A DNA stretch of 62,738 bases, counting the filler, from Nemertoderma westbladi (taxonomy: Eukaryota > Animalia > Xenacoelomorpha), in the NCBI GenBank assembly GCA_032718475.1. It is 3 parts of 3 records of this genome, joined end to end, with 100 filler letters (N's around TTAATTAATTAA, not from the genome) between each part and the next. Parts side by side here need not be neighbours in the genome. Positions count along the whole stretch, not along the records: positions 31,767 to 58,627 come from JAUCBJ010002713.1; 2 more parts are not named here. One strand, given 5' to 3'. Position numbers and translations under genes: made by a program. Below are positions 40,597-56,652 of this stretch, piece by piece (position 1 is the stretch's first letter; each line of letters begins with the position of its first letter). The notes beneath the pieces are model-generated. The model was not told the DNA's origin. It did not search any database and was given only the letters and a program-made list of their open reading frames with translations.

Positions 40597-41245
40597 CTTA
40601 TTAACTCAGGGTCCTCCCTCGTTAACTCAGGGACCACCCTCGTTAGCTCAGGGTCCACCCTCGTTAACTCAGGGGCCACCCTCGTTAACTCAGGGACCAC
40701 CCTCGTTAACTCAGGGACCACCCTCGTTAGCTCAGGGTCCACCCTCGTTAGCTCAGGGGCCACCCTCGTTAACTCAGGGTCCACCCTCGTTAGCTCAGGG
40801 ACCACCCTCGTTAACTCAGGGACCACCCTCGTTAGCTCAGGGTCCACCCTCGTTAGCTCAGGGGCCACCCTCGTTAACTCAGGGTCCACCCTCGTTAGCT
40901 CAGGGGCCACCCTCGTTAACTCAGGGACCACCCTCGTTAACTCAGGGACCACCCTCGTTAGCTCAGGGTCCACCCTCGTTAGCTCAGGGGCCACCCTCGT
41001 TAACTCAGGGACCACCCTCGTTAGCTCAGGGTCCACCCTCGTTAACTCAGGGACCACCCTCGTTAACTCAGGGACCACCCTCGTTAACTCAGGGACCACC
41101 CTCGTTAACTCAGGGACCACCCTCGTTAGCTCAGGGGCCACCCTCGTTAACTCAGGGACCACCCTCGTTAACTCAGGGACCACCCTCGTTAGCTCAGGGG
41201 CCACCCTCGTTAGCTCAGGGACCACCCTCGTTAGCTCAGGGACCA
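40597..41245. repeat. 21-bp minisatellite (ccctcgttaactcagggacca), about 30 copies
   Basis: Seen directly; it produces the SLTQGPP repeat ORF. Confidence 0.95.
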
Positions 41246-41759
41246 ATAATGATTACCTTAGCTTCTTATTTGTTTTCTTAAATATTATGGTGAATGTTAT
41301 TATTTATTACCATAAATGTCATGGTGAATTTGTTATCGGTTATTATAAAATAATATAAACCCATCTTATTATTTATCTTAAATTATGGTAGGTAAGTTAC
41401 AACTCAAGCTCAAACTCAAACTACAAGTCAAGCTGTCAACTGGGTGGAGGGTTTGTAAAAATCAAATTATTTATTATTACATTTATATTTTTCTGAAAAA
41501 AATTATTTTTCCTCACTTAAATTTTACAGTGCAGAATAGTGAATTTCACGACTTTAATGCTCTTTACCTACGAATTAAAAATTAAAACACAAACCTGCTC
41601 AGCTCAGAGACAAAGAGACATAGGAGGAAAAATAATTGTAGTGATTGTAAAAATCGGTACCAGTAAACTGTATCGATACCAGTACATTATTGCACCGGTA
41701 ACAGTGCACTGGTATCTTCCGCTTCATTAAATGTGGTTTACTCTGGTTCCCTTATTAAA

Positions 41760-42030
41760 AATATACGAGCTCTACTCTACCCTTGGAGAACATCTCGAAC
41801 ATCTCCCTCAAAAAGACGCCTTGAAACTTGAACGGAACCGCCTCCGCTTTGTAGGACATTGCTTTCGCCATGAGGACCAGCCAGTGCATAATATTGTGCT
41901 TTGACGGCCTCGTGGAGTGAATAAGCATGGTGGACACCCCATGAAATTCTTGAGACGCCTCTTAAAGGACACTGGCCTTGAAGATGCGGATGTTCTAGCA
42001 AATGTCATGGGTGATAGGGGAGTAGGGGGA
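41760..42030 (+). mobile_element. RTE-clade LINE 3' fragment
   Basis: Plus-strand translation NRLRFVGHCFRHEDQPVHNIVL*RPRG...LLKDTGLEDADVLANVMGDR resembles RTE C-termini. Confidence 0.7.
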
Positions 42031-44127
42031 TTTTATCGACAAGTTGGCACAGCATTCTTAATATATATGTAATATATATATAATGCAGCTGCATTGTAGT
42101 AGGCCGATAGTAGTACTGTAGTAGTCGGCTGAGATGAAAACATTTTATAAATTTCTGAAATGAAAACCTTCAGCCGTTTCGTTTTATTGTTTATAATCCT
42201 GATTGATATCTGGCACATATTCTAGACATCAGACTGAACATTTCTGAGGTCTTAAACCGATTGCAGTTACCCAGTCTGCCTATAGGTGTTGAAGTGATTA
42301 GGGGACATCTTACAATTCTTTGTTGGACATAATGTCTGTTGGACATAAAATCCATATATCTGAAAATCGGGACTCATTATACATTTGGTGTTATATTTGC
42401 TCATCTCATTAAATCGAATGCGGATATATTTTTTTTTGTTACTGTGTGAATATCGGGCCATTTTAATGATTTAGCGGCCCGGGAAGATATGAATGAATCT
42501 GAGCACCCAGTTACAAATTGGAGCTCCTGGTTACGAATCTGAGTACATCGTTACAAATCTGATTACTAATCTGAGGACATGGTTGTGCATTGGAGTGTCA
42601 CCTTGAACATATAAAAAATTTCAACAGGGCAGTTCTATAAAATTAGCAAATGTGTATATCTGCCATAAAAACATTGCTTTCATTTTCACATAATTTAAAC
42701 AATAGGAAGCATGCCTTGATAGTCATAAGTTATAAAAGGCGACTAATAAAGCGATGTAGGCCTAATACCGAACTATTTTTACAGTATTAATAAAGTTCGT
42801 CAAACTTCCATAAACTTCCCAACAACTTCCCTCTATAGTAATAAATTATTTCATCTTTAAGCCCTACGTACCTACTTTTCAGTTCATTCATTACATTATT
42901 ATTGATTAGCCTAAATCAAACAATTACCGTAACGGAACAGACTAATAAATGATACGACATTATGAAATTTGTTAAGTATAGATCTTTCAATATCCAAACA
43001 TTCAAAATATATAGGCCTACATTACAGAATTACGTTTACACTTATAAAATTGATTAACAATCCAACTAAATTACATAATTTCGATATTAGGCCGTCAACC
43101 GCAGGACAATTAATAGTGCAAACAGGCTCTTGGTAACCACCCAAGCTAACTTCTAGAACGAGAATGCTGTGATATCCGTACACCACGGTCACAAAGTATG
43201 TAAATCATGCCAATACATTATACAACCAATGTAATTATTATTAATTATCGGTGGACAAGGCTAACGGGACTATTTATAAGCGTAACCATTTCCACTGGGA
43301 GGGGGGGGGGGGGGGGGGGGGGGCAATATTTACATTTATTTAAACAATGTTGGGCTTTTGCCCATTTAAATCAAACTTTTTAAACAATGTAATACTTTGA
43401 TAAAACTAACGCTTTTACATTACCGTTCGGAATATAACAGTGGACCTACACCTCTGCAGTAATATAATAATGTTGGAAAAAGCTTTAATACTCAACAATT
43501 TCACCCTTGATTATGCCTGTAATTTCGCCCCATAGAGAATGCCCCTGAGGTAGTCTTGGAAGCATAACCGGGGATTTTTAAGGATAGTCTCTGTATTTTT
43601 TTTTTATAGGGTTGAATTTTGATTTCTAAAGAACAGCTTGTCTCTATATTTCGCGTAGTTGTAATAAACTTTATCCCAATTTCATACCGCTAATAGATAT
43701 AATATTTTGGATCGTTCCACCGAAAAAAACATAAAATGTTAGTATAGAAAAATTATATATGAAATATAATACTGAAACTGTATAATGAAACTTAAGATAT
43801 AATTTTTTTATGCAAAGAGGTTATAGGTTTTTCGACACATAGAATTTCCTTACATTTTATACTTGGGTTTCCTGTCGTGATAAAATCGATGCAAATGTAC
43901 TGCAAGTAGTTTTACTGAACTACAAATTATACGAGGATCACTCCGTTATTATTATTAACGTTACCTTATACATTAACATAGTGCATTAATATTCATCTTG
44001 TTATTTTAGTGCTACTTAGAAATGCTATTGAGATTATAATGACAATTATTATTATTATATTTCATTTATATTTATACATGTTCTTTTAGCTAAGGTTAGA
44101 TGCTAACATACATATGACACGTTCGTG

Positions 44128-44453
44128 GGGTCATCGCGCAGCACGAAGTGAGCAAAGCCTTTAGCATATGGGTACCATTAACGAGTTGTCTGCCGTTAGT
44201 CAGAAGTCTTCAACACAATACTCGTCCTCCTCTTGTGCCTCGTTGCGTTCGTTCGTTTTTGACGAAACTTCAGATTCTTTCTAAACTTTTGACGGACTAC
44301 ATACGTACCAAGTTTCGTTTAATTTCATCAAGGAATAACTGAGTTATTTGCGATCAAAAATTTACGACGATAGACGACCACGACGACGACAACAGACAAC
44401 TCGCCAATGGCACCCATATGCTAAGGCTTCGCTCACTTCGTGGCTCGCCCCAC
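44128..44453. mobile_element. Small non-autonomous element with ~37-bp inverted repeats
   Basis: cacgaagtgagcaaagcctttagcatatgggtaccatt versus aatggcacccatatgctaaggcttcgctcacttcgtg, with an internal (gac)n microsatellite. Confidence 0.7.
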
Positions 44454-45125
44454 AAAGGACACAAACAAAAATAAATGTCCGTCGTTTATTGATTTAGTTT
44501 ACAAACATATCAACGACCGAGTTGTGCGTTGATAATTTTCGATCTATTATGACGCCACCTCTTCAAAAACTATACAAATTTTATTGACAAGTCTACGCGG
44601 CGGTTCAAATTTTACAACATTGACAAAAATCTTGGACATTAAATTCCTTAAAGTGTTACGTGCCATATACATAAATAGATAGAGAGATCTCTCACAGACA
44701 TTAGTTACTGACAGTACCTCTTCCATTTCTTTGAGCGCGTTCAACCATAATATAAATTATGTATGCTACTACTACTACTAGATATAGGTGGTGTTTGTCC
44801 TACCATTCTCCATTGGATTAGTTTGGTTAGCGTTGATGCCTATCATTGAGTTACAGGGTTCGAATCTCACAATAGCGGTTTTTGTAAGCCTATTAGCACA
44901 CACTGTTACGCTACTATGGCAATGATGATTATTGACAAGCATATGTCTGAAAATTATGTTGAAAATAATTCTATTCTGAGCCATCCAACAACTATAATTT
45001 ATTTTTTAATCAGCTCATATCTCTAATTATATTGGAAGTCGTCTACAATTAATTAAAATACAATATAATTAGGTATATTTATGACATACCGGTAACATAA
45101 ATATATCAATAATTGTTTACTCTGG

Positions 45126-48100
45126 TCATCTACCACCGTTCAGTGTCAGCTACCACCTGGCAGTGTCAGCTACCACCTGGCACTGTCAGCTACCACCTGG
45201 CAGTGTCCGCTACCGTCTGGCAGTGTTCGCTACCGTCTGGCAGTGTCAGCTACCGACTGGTAGTGTCAGCTACCGACTGGTAGTGTCAGCTACCGCCTGG
45301 CGCTGGCAGTGTCTGCCACCGCATGGCCGTGTCAGCTACCGCCTGGCAGTGTCAGCTACCACCTGGCAGTGTCAGCTACCACCTGGCAGTGTCAGCTACC
45401 GACTGGTAGTGTCAGCTACCGTCTGGCTGTGTCAGCTACCGTCTGGCTGTGTCAGCTACCGTCTGGCTGTGTCAGCTACCGTCTGGCTGTGTCAGCTACC
45501 GTCTTACAGAGTCAGCTACCACCTGGCAGTGTCAGCTACCACCTGGCAGTGTCAGCTACCACCTGGCAGTGTCCGCTACCGTCTGGCAGTGTTCGCTACC
45601 GTCTGGCAGTGTCAGCTACCGACTGGTAGTGTCAGCTACCGACTGGTAGTGTCAGCTACCGCCTGGCTGTGTCAGCTACCGTCTGGCAGTGTCAGCTACA
45701 GTCTGGCAGTGTCTGCTACCGTCTGGCAGTGTCTGCTACCGTCTGGCAGTGCCATCTACCGTCTGGTTGTGTCAGCTACCGTCTTACAGAGTCAGCTACC
45801 GTTTGACTGTGTCAGCTACGGCCTGACTGTGTCAGCTACCGCCTGGCGCTGGCAGTGTCTGCCACCGCATGGCCGTGTCAGCTACCGTCTGGCAGTGTCA
45901 GCTACCGTCTGGCAAGGTCAGCTACCGCCTGGTTGTGTCAGCTACCGCCTGGTAGTGCCAGCTACCGTCTTGCTGTTCAGCTACCGTCTGGCTGTGTCAG
46001 CTACCGTCTGGCAGTGTCTGCTACCGTCTGGCAGTGTCTGCTACCGTCTGGCAGTGCCATCTACCGTCTGGTTATGTCAGCTACCGTCTTACAGAGTCAG
46101 CTACCGTTTGACTGTGTCAGCTACGGTCTGACTGTGTCAGCTACCGCCTGGCGCTGGCAGTGTCTGCCACCGCCTGGCCGTGTCAGCTACAGTCTGGCAG
46201 TGTCAGCTACCGTCTGGCAAGGTCAGCTACCGCCTGGTTGTGTCAGCTACCGTCTGGCTGTTCAGCTACCGTCTGGCTGTGTCAGCTACCGTCTGGCAGT
46301 GTCTGCTACCGTCTGGCAGTGTCTGCTACCGTCTGGCAGTGCTATCTACCGTATGGTTATGTCAGCTACCGTCTTACAGAGTCAGCTACCGTTTGACTGT
46401 GTCAGCTACGGTCTGACTGTGTCAGCTACCGCCTGGCCGTGTCAGCTACCGTCTGGCAGTGTCAGCTACCGCCTGGTTGTGTCAGCTACCGTCTGGTAGT
46501 GCCAGCTACCGTCTGGCTGTGTCAGCTACCGTCTGGCTGTGTCAGCTACCGTCTGGCTGTGTCAGCTACCGTCTTACAGAGTCAGCTACCGTCTGGCAGT
46601 GTTAGCTACCGTCTGGCTGTGTCAGCTACCGTCTGGCAGTGCCAGCTACCGTCTTGCAGAGTCAGCTACCGCCCGGCTGTGTCAGCTACCGTCTTACAGA
46701 GTCAGCTACCGTCTGGCAGTGGTAGCTACCGTCTGGCTGTGTCAGCTACCGTTTGGCAGTGTCAGCTACCGTCTGGCAGTGCCAGCTACCGTCTTGCAGA
46801 GTCAGCTACCGTCTGGCCGTGTCAGCTACCATCTGGCAGTGCCAGCTACCGTCTTGCAGAGTCAGCTACCGTCTGGCCGTGTCAGCTACCATCTGGCAGT
46901 GTCAGCTACCGTCTGTCAGTTAGAGCTACCGTCTGGCAGTTTAGGCTACCGGCTTACAGTGTCAGCTACCGCCTGGCAGTGTCAGCTACCGTCTGGCAGT
47001 GTCAGCTACCGTCTGGCAGTGCCAGCTACCGTCTTGCAGAGTCAGCTACCGTCTGGCCGTGTCAGCTACCATCTGGCAGTGTCAGCTACCGTCTGGCAGT
47101 TTGAGCAACCGTCTGGCAGTGCCAGCTACCGTCTTGCAGAGTCAGCTACCGTCTGGCCGTGTCAGCTACCATCTGAAAGTGTCAGCTACCGTCTGGCAGT
47201 TTGAGCTACCGTCTGGCAGTTTGAGCTACCGGCTTACAGTGTCAGCTACCGTCTGGCAGTGTCAGCTACCGTCTGGCTGTGTCAGCTACCGTCTGGCTGT
47301 GTCAGCTACCGTCTGGCAGTGTCAGCTATTGTCTGGCTGTGTCGGCTACCGTCAGGCAGTGTCAGCTACCGCCTGGCTGTGTCAGCTATTGTCTGGCTGT
47401 GTCAGCTACCGTCTGGTGGCGCCAGCTACCGCCTGGCTGTGTCAGCTATTGTCTGGCAGTGTCAGCTACCGCCTGGCTGTGTCGGCTACCGTCTGGCAGT
47501 GTCAGCTACAGTCTGGCAGTGTCAGCTATTGTCTGGCAGTGTCAGCTACCGTCAGGCAGTGTCAGCTACCGCCTAGCTGTGTCAGTTATTGTCTGGCTGT
47601 GTCAGCTACCGCCTGGTTGTGTCAGCTACCGTCTGGCAGTGTCAGCTATTGTCTGGCTGTGTCAGCTATTGTCTGGCTGTGTCAGCTACCGTCTGGTAGT
47701 GCCAGCTACCGTCAGGCAGTGTCAGCTACCGCCTGGCTGTGTCAGCTATTGTCTGGCTGTGTCAGCTACCGCCTGGTTGTGTCAGCTACCGTCTGGCAGT
47801 GTCAGCTATTGTCTGGCTGTGTCAGCTCCCGCCTGGTTGTGTCAGCTACCGTCTGGCAGTGTCAGCTATTGTCTGGCTGTGTCAGCTACCGCCTGGCTGT
47901 GTCAGCTATTGTCTGGCTGTGTCAGCTACCGCCTGGTTGTGTCAGCTACCGCCTGGCTCTGTCAGCTATTGTCTGGCTGTGTCAGCTATCGCCTGGTTGT
48001 GTCAGCTACCGTCTGGCAGTGTCAGCTATTGTCTGGCTGTGTCAGCTACCGCCTGGCTGTGTCAGCTATTGTCTGGCTGTGTCAGCTACCGCCTGGCTGT

Positions 48101-51052
48101 GTCAGCTATTGTCTGGCTGTGTCAGCTACCGCCTGGCTGTGTCAGCTACCGCCTGGCAGTGTCAGCTACCGCCTGGCTGTGTCAGCTATTGTCTGGCTGT
48201 GTCAGCTACCGCCTGGCTGTTTCAGCTACCGCCTGGTTGTGTCAGCTACCGCCTGGTTGTGTCTGCTACCGCCTGGCAGTGTCAGCTATTGTCTGGCTGT
48301 GTCAGCTACCGCCTGGCTGTGTCAGCTACCGCCTGGCAGTGTCAGCTACCGCCTGGTTGTGTCAGCTATTGTCTGGCTGTGTCAGCTACCGCCTGGTTGT
48401 GTCAGCTACCGCCTGGTTGTGTCAGCTACCGTCTGATTGTGTCAGCTACAGTCTGATTGTGTCAGCTATTGTCTGGCTGTGTCAGCTACCGCCTGGTTGT
48501 GTCAGCTACCTTTCTGATTGTGTCAGCTACCGTCTGATTGTGTCAGCTATTGTCTGGCTGTGTCAGCTACCGTCTGGCTGTGTCAGCTACCGTCTGGCTG
48601 TGTCAGCTACCGTCTGGCTGTGTCAGCTACCGCCTGGCTGTGTCAGCTATTGTCTGGCTGTGTCAGCTACCGCCTGGTTGTGTCAGCTACCTTTCTGATT
48701 GTGTCAGCTACCGCCTGGTTGTGTCAGCTACCGTCTGATTGTGTCAGCTATTGTCTGGCTGTGTCAGCTACCGTCTGGCTGTGTCAGCTACCGTCTGGCT
48801 GTGTCAGCTACCGTCTGGCTGTGTCAGCTACCGCCTGGCTGTGTCAGCTATTGTCTGGCTGTGTCAGCTACCGCCTGGTTGTGTCAGCTACCTTTCTGAT
48901 TGTGTCAGCTACCGTCTGATTGTGTCAGCTATTGTCTGGCTGTGTCAGCTACCGTCTGGCTGTGTCAGCTACCGCCTGGTTGTGTCAGCTACCGTCTGAT
49001 TGTGTCAGCTATTGTCTGGCTGTGTCAGCTACCGTCTGGCTGTGTCAGCTACCGTCTGGCTGTGTCAGCTACCGTCTGGCTGTGTCAGCTACCGCCTGGC
49101 TGTGTCAGCTACCGACCGTCTGGCTGTGTCAGCTACCTCCTGGCTGTGTCAGCTACCGCCTGGCTGTGTCAGCTATTGTCTGCCTGTGTCAGCTACCGTC
49201 TGATTGTGTCAGCTACCGTCTGATTGTGTCAGCTATTGTCTGGCTGTGTCAGCTACCGTCTGGCTGTGTCAGCTACCGCCTGGTTGTGTCAGCTACCGTC
49301 TGATGGTGTCAGCTATTGTCTGGCTGTGTCAGCTACCGTCTGGCTGTGTCAGCTACCGCCTGGCTGTGTCAGCTACCGCCTGGCTGTGTCAGCTATTATC
49401 TGGCTGTGTCAGCTACCGTCTGATTGTGTCAGCTATTGTCTGGCTGTGTCAGCTATTGTCTGGCTGTGTCAGCTACCGCCTGGCTGTGTCAGCTATTGTC
49501 TGGCTGTGTCAGCTACCGCCTGATTGTGTCAGCTATTGTCTGGCTGTGTCAGCTATTGTCTGGCTGTGTCAGCTATTGTCTGGCTGTGTCAGCTACCGTC
49601 TGGCTGTGTCAGCTACCGTCTGGCTGTGTCAGCTACCGCCTGGTTGTGTCAGCTATTGTCTGGCTGTGTCAGCTACCGTCTGGCTGTGTCAGCTACCGCC
49701 TGGTTGTGTCAGCTACCGCCTGGCTGTGTCAGCTATTGTCTGGCTGTGTCAGCTACCGCCTGGTTGTGTCAGCTACCGTCTGATTGTGTCAGCTATTGTC
49801 TGGCTGTGTCAGCTACCGTCTGGCTGTGACAGCTACCACCTGGTTGTGTCAGCTACCGTCTGATTGTGTCAGCTACCGTCTGGCTGTGTCAGCTACCGTC
49901 TGGCTGTGTCAGCTACCGTCTGGCTGTGTCAGCTACCGCATGGTTGTGTCAGCTACCGTCTGGCTGTGTCAGCTACCGTCTGGCTGTGTCAGCTACCGTC
50001 TGGCTGTGTCAGCTACCGTCTGGCAGTGTCAGCTACCGCCTGGCTGTGTCAGCTATTATCTGGCTGTGTCAGCTACCGCCTGGTTGTGTCAGCTACCGTC
50101 TGATTGTGTCAGCTATTGTATGGCTGTGTCAGCTACCGTCTGGCTGTGTCAGCTACCGCCTGGTTGTGTCAGCTACCGTCTGATTGTGTCAGCTATTGTC
50201 TGGCTGTGTCAGCTACCGTCTGGCCGTGACAGCTACCGCCTGGCAGTGTCAGCTACCGTCTGGCAGTGTCAGCTATTGTCTGGCAGTGTCAGCTACCGTC
50301 TGCCTGTGTCAGCTACCGTCTGCCTGTGTCGGCTACCGTCTGGCAGTGTCAGCTACCGTCTGGCAGTGTCAGCTACCGTCTGGCAGTGTCAGCTACCGTC
50401 TGGCACTGTCAGCTACCGTCTGGCAGTGTCAGCTACCGTCTGGCAGTGTCAGCTACCGTCTGGCAGTGTCAGCTACCGTCTGGCAGTGTCAGCTACCGTC
50501 TGGCAGTGTCAGCTACCGTCTGGCAGTGTCAGCTACCGTCTGGCAGTGTCAGCTACCGTCTGATTGTGTCAGCTATTGTCTGGCTGTGTCAGCTACCGTC
50601 TGGCCGTGTCAGCTACCGCCTGGCAGTGTCAGCTACCGTCTGGCAGTGTCAGCTATTGTCTGGCAGTGTCAGCTATTGTCTGGCAGTGTCAGCTACCGTC
50701 TGCCTGTGTCGGCTACCGTCTGGCAGTGTCAGCTACCGTCTGGCAGTGTCAGCTACCGTCTGGCAGTGTCAGCTACCGTCTGGCAGTGTCAGCTACCGTC
50801 TGGCAGTGTCAGCTACCGTCTGGCTGTGTCAGCTACCGTCTGGCAGTGTCAGCTATTGTCTGGCTGTGTCAGCTATTGTCTGGCTGTGTCGGCTACCGTC
50901 TGCCTGTGTCGGCTACCGTCTGGCAGTGTCAGCTACCGTCTGGCAGTGTCAGCTACCGTCTGCCTGTGTCGGCTACCGTCTGGCAGTGTCAGCTACCGTC
51001 TGGCAGTGCCAGCTACCGTCTGACAGTATCAGCTACCGTCTGACAGTGTCAG

Positions 51053-51068
<16 letters not shown>
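45126..51068. repeat. 20-bp satellite array (gtcagctaccgtctggcagt), about 5.9 kb, about 295 units
   Basis: Exact 20-bp periodicity visible; the last unit overlaps the GFUS stop codon. Confidence 0.97.
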
Positions 51069-53747
<2,679 letters not shown>

Positions 53748-54699
53748 AGTTATAAGTTCAGAGCAATTACGATATCTGGATATTACAGTATTATACGGTA
53801 GGCTGGTAGGGGTAGGGCTGTAGGGTACACCGTACACGGTAGGCTGGTAGGGGTAGGGTACAGGGTAGGCTGGTAGGGGTAGGGTACAGGGTAGGCTTAC
53901 GGCTTATCGGTAATTATACGGTAGGACTATCTTACTATTACAATGATTCCGCATTCCTTCCTATTGCTTCGTTACCTGCTACCACACACCACTACTTGAC
54001 TAACTACCACTTTACTTTACCACACAATTCTATATTTTTCAAGTACCGGTACCGGTGTCCCAGTCGAAATTGCCACCCTGTACAGCTGCAGAATACGCCC
54101 CCCCCCCCCCCCCCCCCCCCCGGCGTAATCGCCTAGCGCGTAATGACCCCCGGGTATACTCGCATAGCGCGTAATGACCCTCCGGGTATACTCGCCTAGC
54201 GCGATGACCCGACCCCCTTCCGCGCCAAATTCCCCACCCCAACTGCAGAGAATTAAGATAAGATTCAGAATTAAGATACTAAATAAGCTGACAGTGCAGC
54301 AGTTAACGGTAACGGTAGGGCTGCGAATTAATATCCCGCCTCAATGTTAAAGTCTCAATTTAGGGAAAGGAGCAGGTTACAGCTGTACAGTGCAGCAGTG
54401 GCACGTTATTTTAACCAAAACAATAAACTAAGCACAATAGAACAGGTTACAGTTTTATTTTTGAGAATAATCAGCTGTTATTTGTGTCGAATTTTCCCTG
54501 GAGAGGGATGAATTTTTATTGCGAGATTTGCGAGATTTGTCGAATTTTCCCTGGAGAGGGATGAATTTTTATTGCGAGAATTTTTACCGAGAGCGTGACA
54601 ATACCCGACTCAACGATAAAGATGTAATATATTAGAACAATATAGAATATATATAGAATAATAATAATAAAATATATATATAGAACAATATAGAATATA

Positions 54700-55665
54700 T
54701 AGAACAATATATTATAAAACGTAATTACAATATAAATAGTAAATAATTAATAAACTAATAACTTACTGTAGGACTATTGTACCTATTTTTACATTGCACA
54801 CGGAGGTGAGATTTAACTGCAGATTTAAAAGAATGTTGATTATCTAGGTTTTTAATTTCATTAGGCAGAGCGTTCCAATTTTTAATGCCGTTAAAAAAGA
54901 AAGTATCAGATTCAAAGGATTTACAATTCGGGAGGTAGAAGTTTGAATCACTAGCTCTGGTACTGAAGAGTGTGTATCGCGTACTCTGTTGAATTTTTGT
55001 TTTAGGTAATTGGGACATTTACCATTATACACTTTATGCACATGGTTAAGGCGTAGCTGCTTAACTCTACTATCTATGTTAAGTAGTCCAGATTCAGAAA
55101 AGTCATCTGGAGTTAGGTGGTGCCTAGGTTTGTAGTCTTTAATAAATCGTACTACTTTATTCTGAGCTACTTGTAATTTACATTTAAGCTGTTTGGTTAA
55201 GCCTTCATACCAAGAAGAGCACGCATAGTCCATGTGACACTGTATTAAAGAAGTGCAAAGTAACTTGCGGGAGTCGGTATTTAAACTATTTTTATTTCTG
55301 TATAGAAACCTAAGCCTACTGTTAACTTTCGAGAAAATATTTTTCACTGTACTTTCTCCTGATAAGCAGTTATCCAATGTGGCGCCTAAATATTTAACTT
55401 CCTTTTTATTTTCAATCTTATGTCCATTACTAGTGACTTCAAACTTAGTTACCTTCTTTAACTTTCTTTTGGAACCAAACAAAATACTTTCAGTCTTACC
55501 GTAGTGAATGGATAGCTTATTATCAACCAACCACTCATTACAGGATTCTAGAACTGCACTTAACTTTTGGGAAATATGGATAGGATCTTTATGAGAGAAA
55601 ATAAGAGCACTGTCGTCGGCATATAAAATGAGTTTAAAATCGGGATCTATACTACTTATCATCGT
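54700..55665 (-). mobile_element. 5'-truncated CR1/L2-group LINE (RT C-terminal part, frameshifted)
   Basis: LYADDS, KTESILFG, KYLGATLD, DYACSSW and WNALP motifs in ORFs 54844-55662 and 54755-55018. Confidence 0.9.
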
Positions 55666-56419
55666 AATAATAATATTAATGTATTAACTGTAATAACTTT
55701 GTCGGATTTAGAACTGTCGAGTTGATAATTTATACGCATCAATAGAACCAAAAGTTGATAATTTTTGAGACTTTCAGACACGATTAGTTCAACAGTTTTC
55801 CGCTAGAAGGCTACCATTTCTTTGTTTTGATCCGTGCAAGCCGAAACTTTCAGATATACTAGAACGCAGCCTGTAGTGACGGCTATCGGTCTGTATTTCT
55901 CCAGTATGCCGTTAGGGGGCGAAATGTGAGAAAGTGAAAACCTTCTCCAATCTCATCCGTTCAAGCCCAATCTTGGTAAATAATTATTAATTTGAATTCT
56001 ATAATAATCAATTAGGCCCCACTTACTGTACTGTATTTGTATTTGTATTTTTTACTAATTTAATTCAATGTCAATTGATTCAATGCAAAATTAAATCAAA
56101 TCTCATAAATTAAATATTTGTTCTTCAATTTATATGTAGGCCCACTGTACTTTCCGAATGGAAGGATGGAGGCCTACTCAGGCCATGGCCTACTGTGTAA
56201 TAATATTTCAAAGGAGCGTACTGTATATGTATACATAAAACAAGTACACTACAGTACAACGTAGGTGTGTCACCTGTCGGCGTTTTCCAACCCAAACAAC
56301 TTGTCCCAAGTACTGTACATGTAATGTAGTCCTACAGTATATTGATATTGGGCTCAATAAAATACATATTGGCATTTCTTTAATAACAGTATACAGGCAT
56401 AAGTGAACATAACATAGTC

Positions 56420-56652
56420 GGTATAGCGGGATTGGTGGACGTGGGGTTAGTGGACATTATGGGGTCAGTGGACATGGAGATAGTGGGATTAGTGGATATT
56501 ATGGGGTTAGTGTAGGGTACCCTACATAGTGGGGTTAGTGGACATAGTCGCATGTTAGTGGACATTATGGTGATAGTGGACATTATGGGGTTAGTGGACA
56601 TTATGGGTTTAATGGACATTATGGGGGTTAGTGGACATCATGGGGTTAGTGT
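56420..56652. repeat. About 18-bp degenerate minisatellite (gttagtggacattatggg)
   Basis: Seen directly in the sequence. Confidence 0.8.

Noticed and set aside
40511-41281. 256-aa QGPPSLT collagen- or mucin-like ORF with hydrophobic start
   Set aside because: Starts at TTG, consists almost entirely of a 21-bp minisatellite open on both strands, and lacks Gly-X-Y periodicity.
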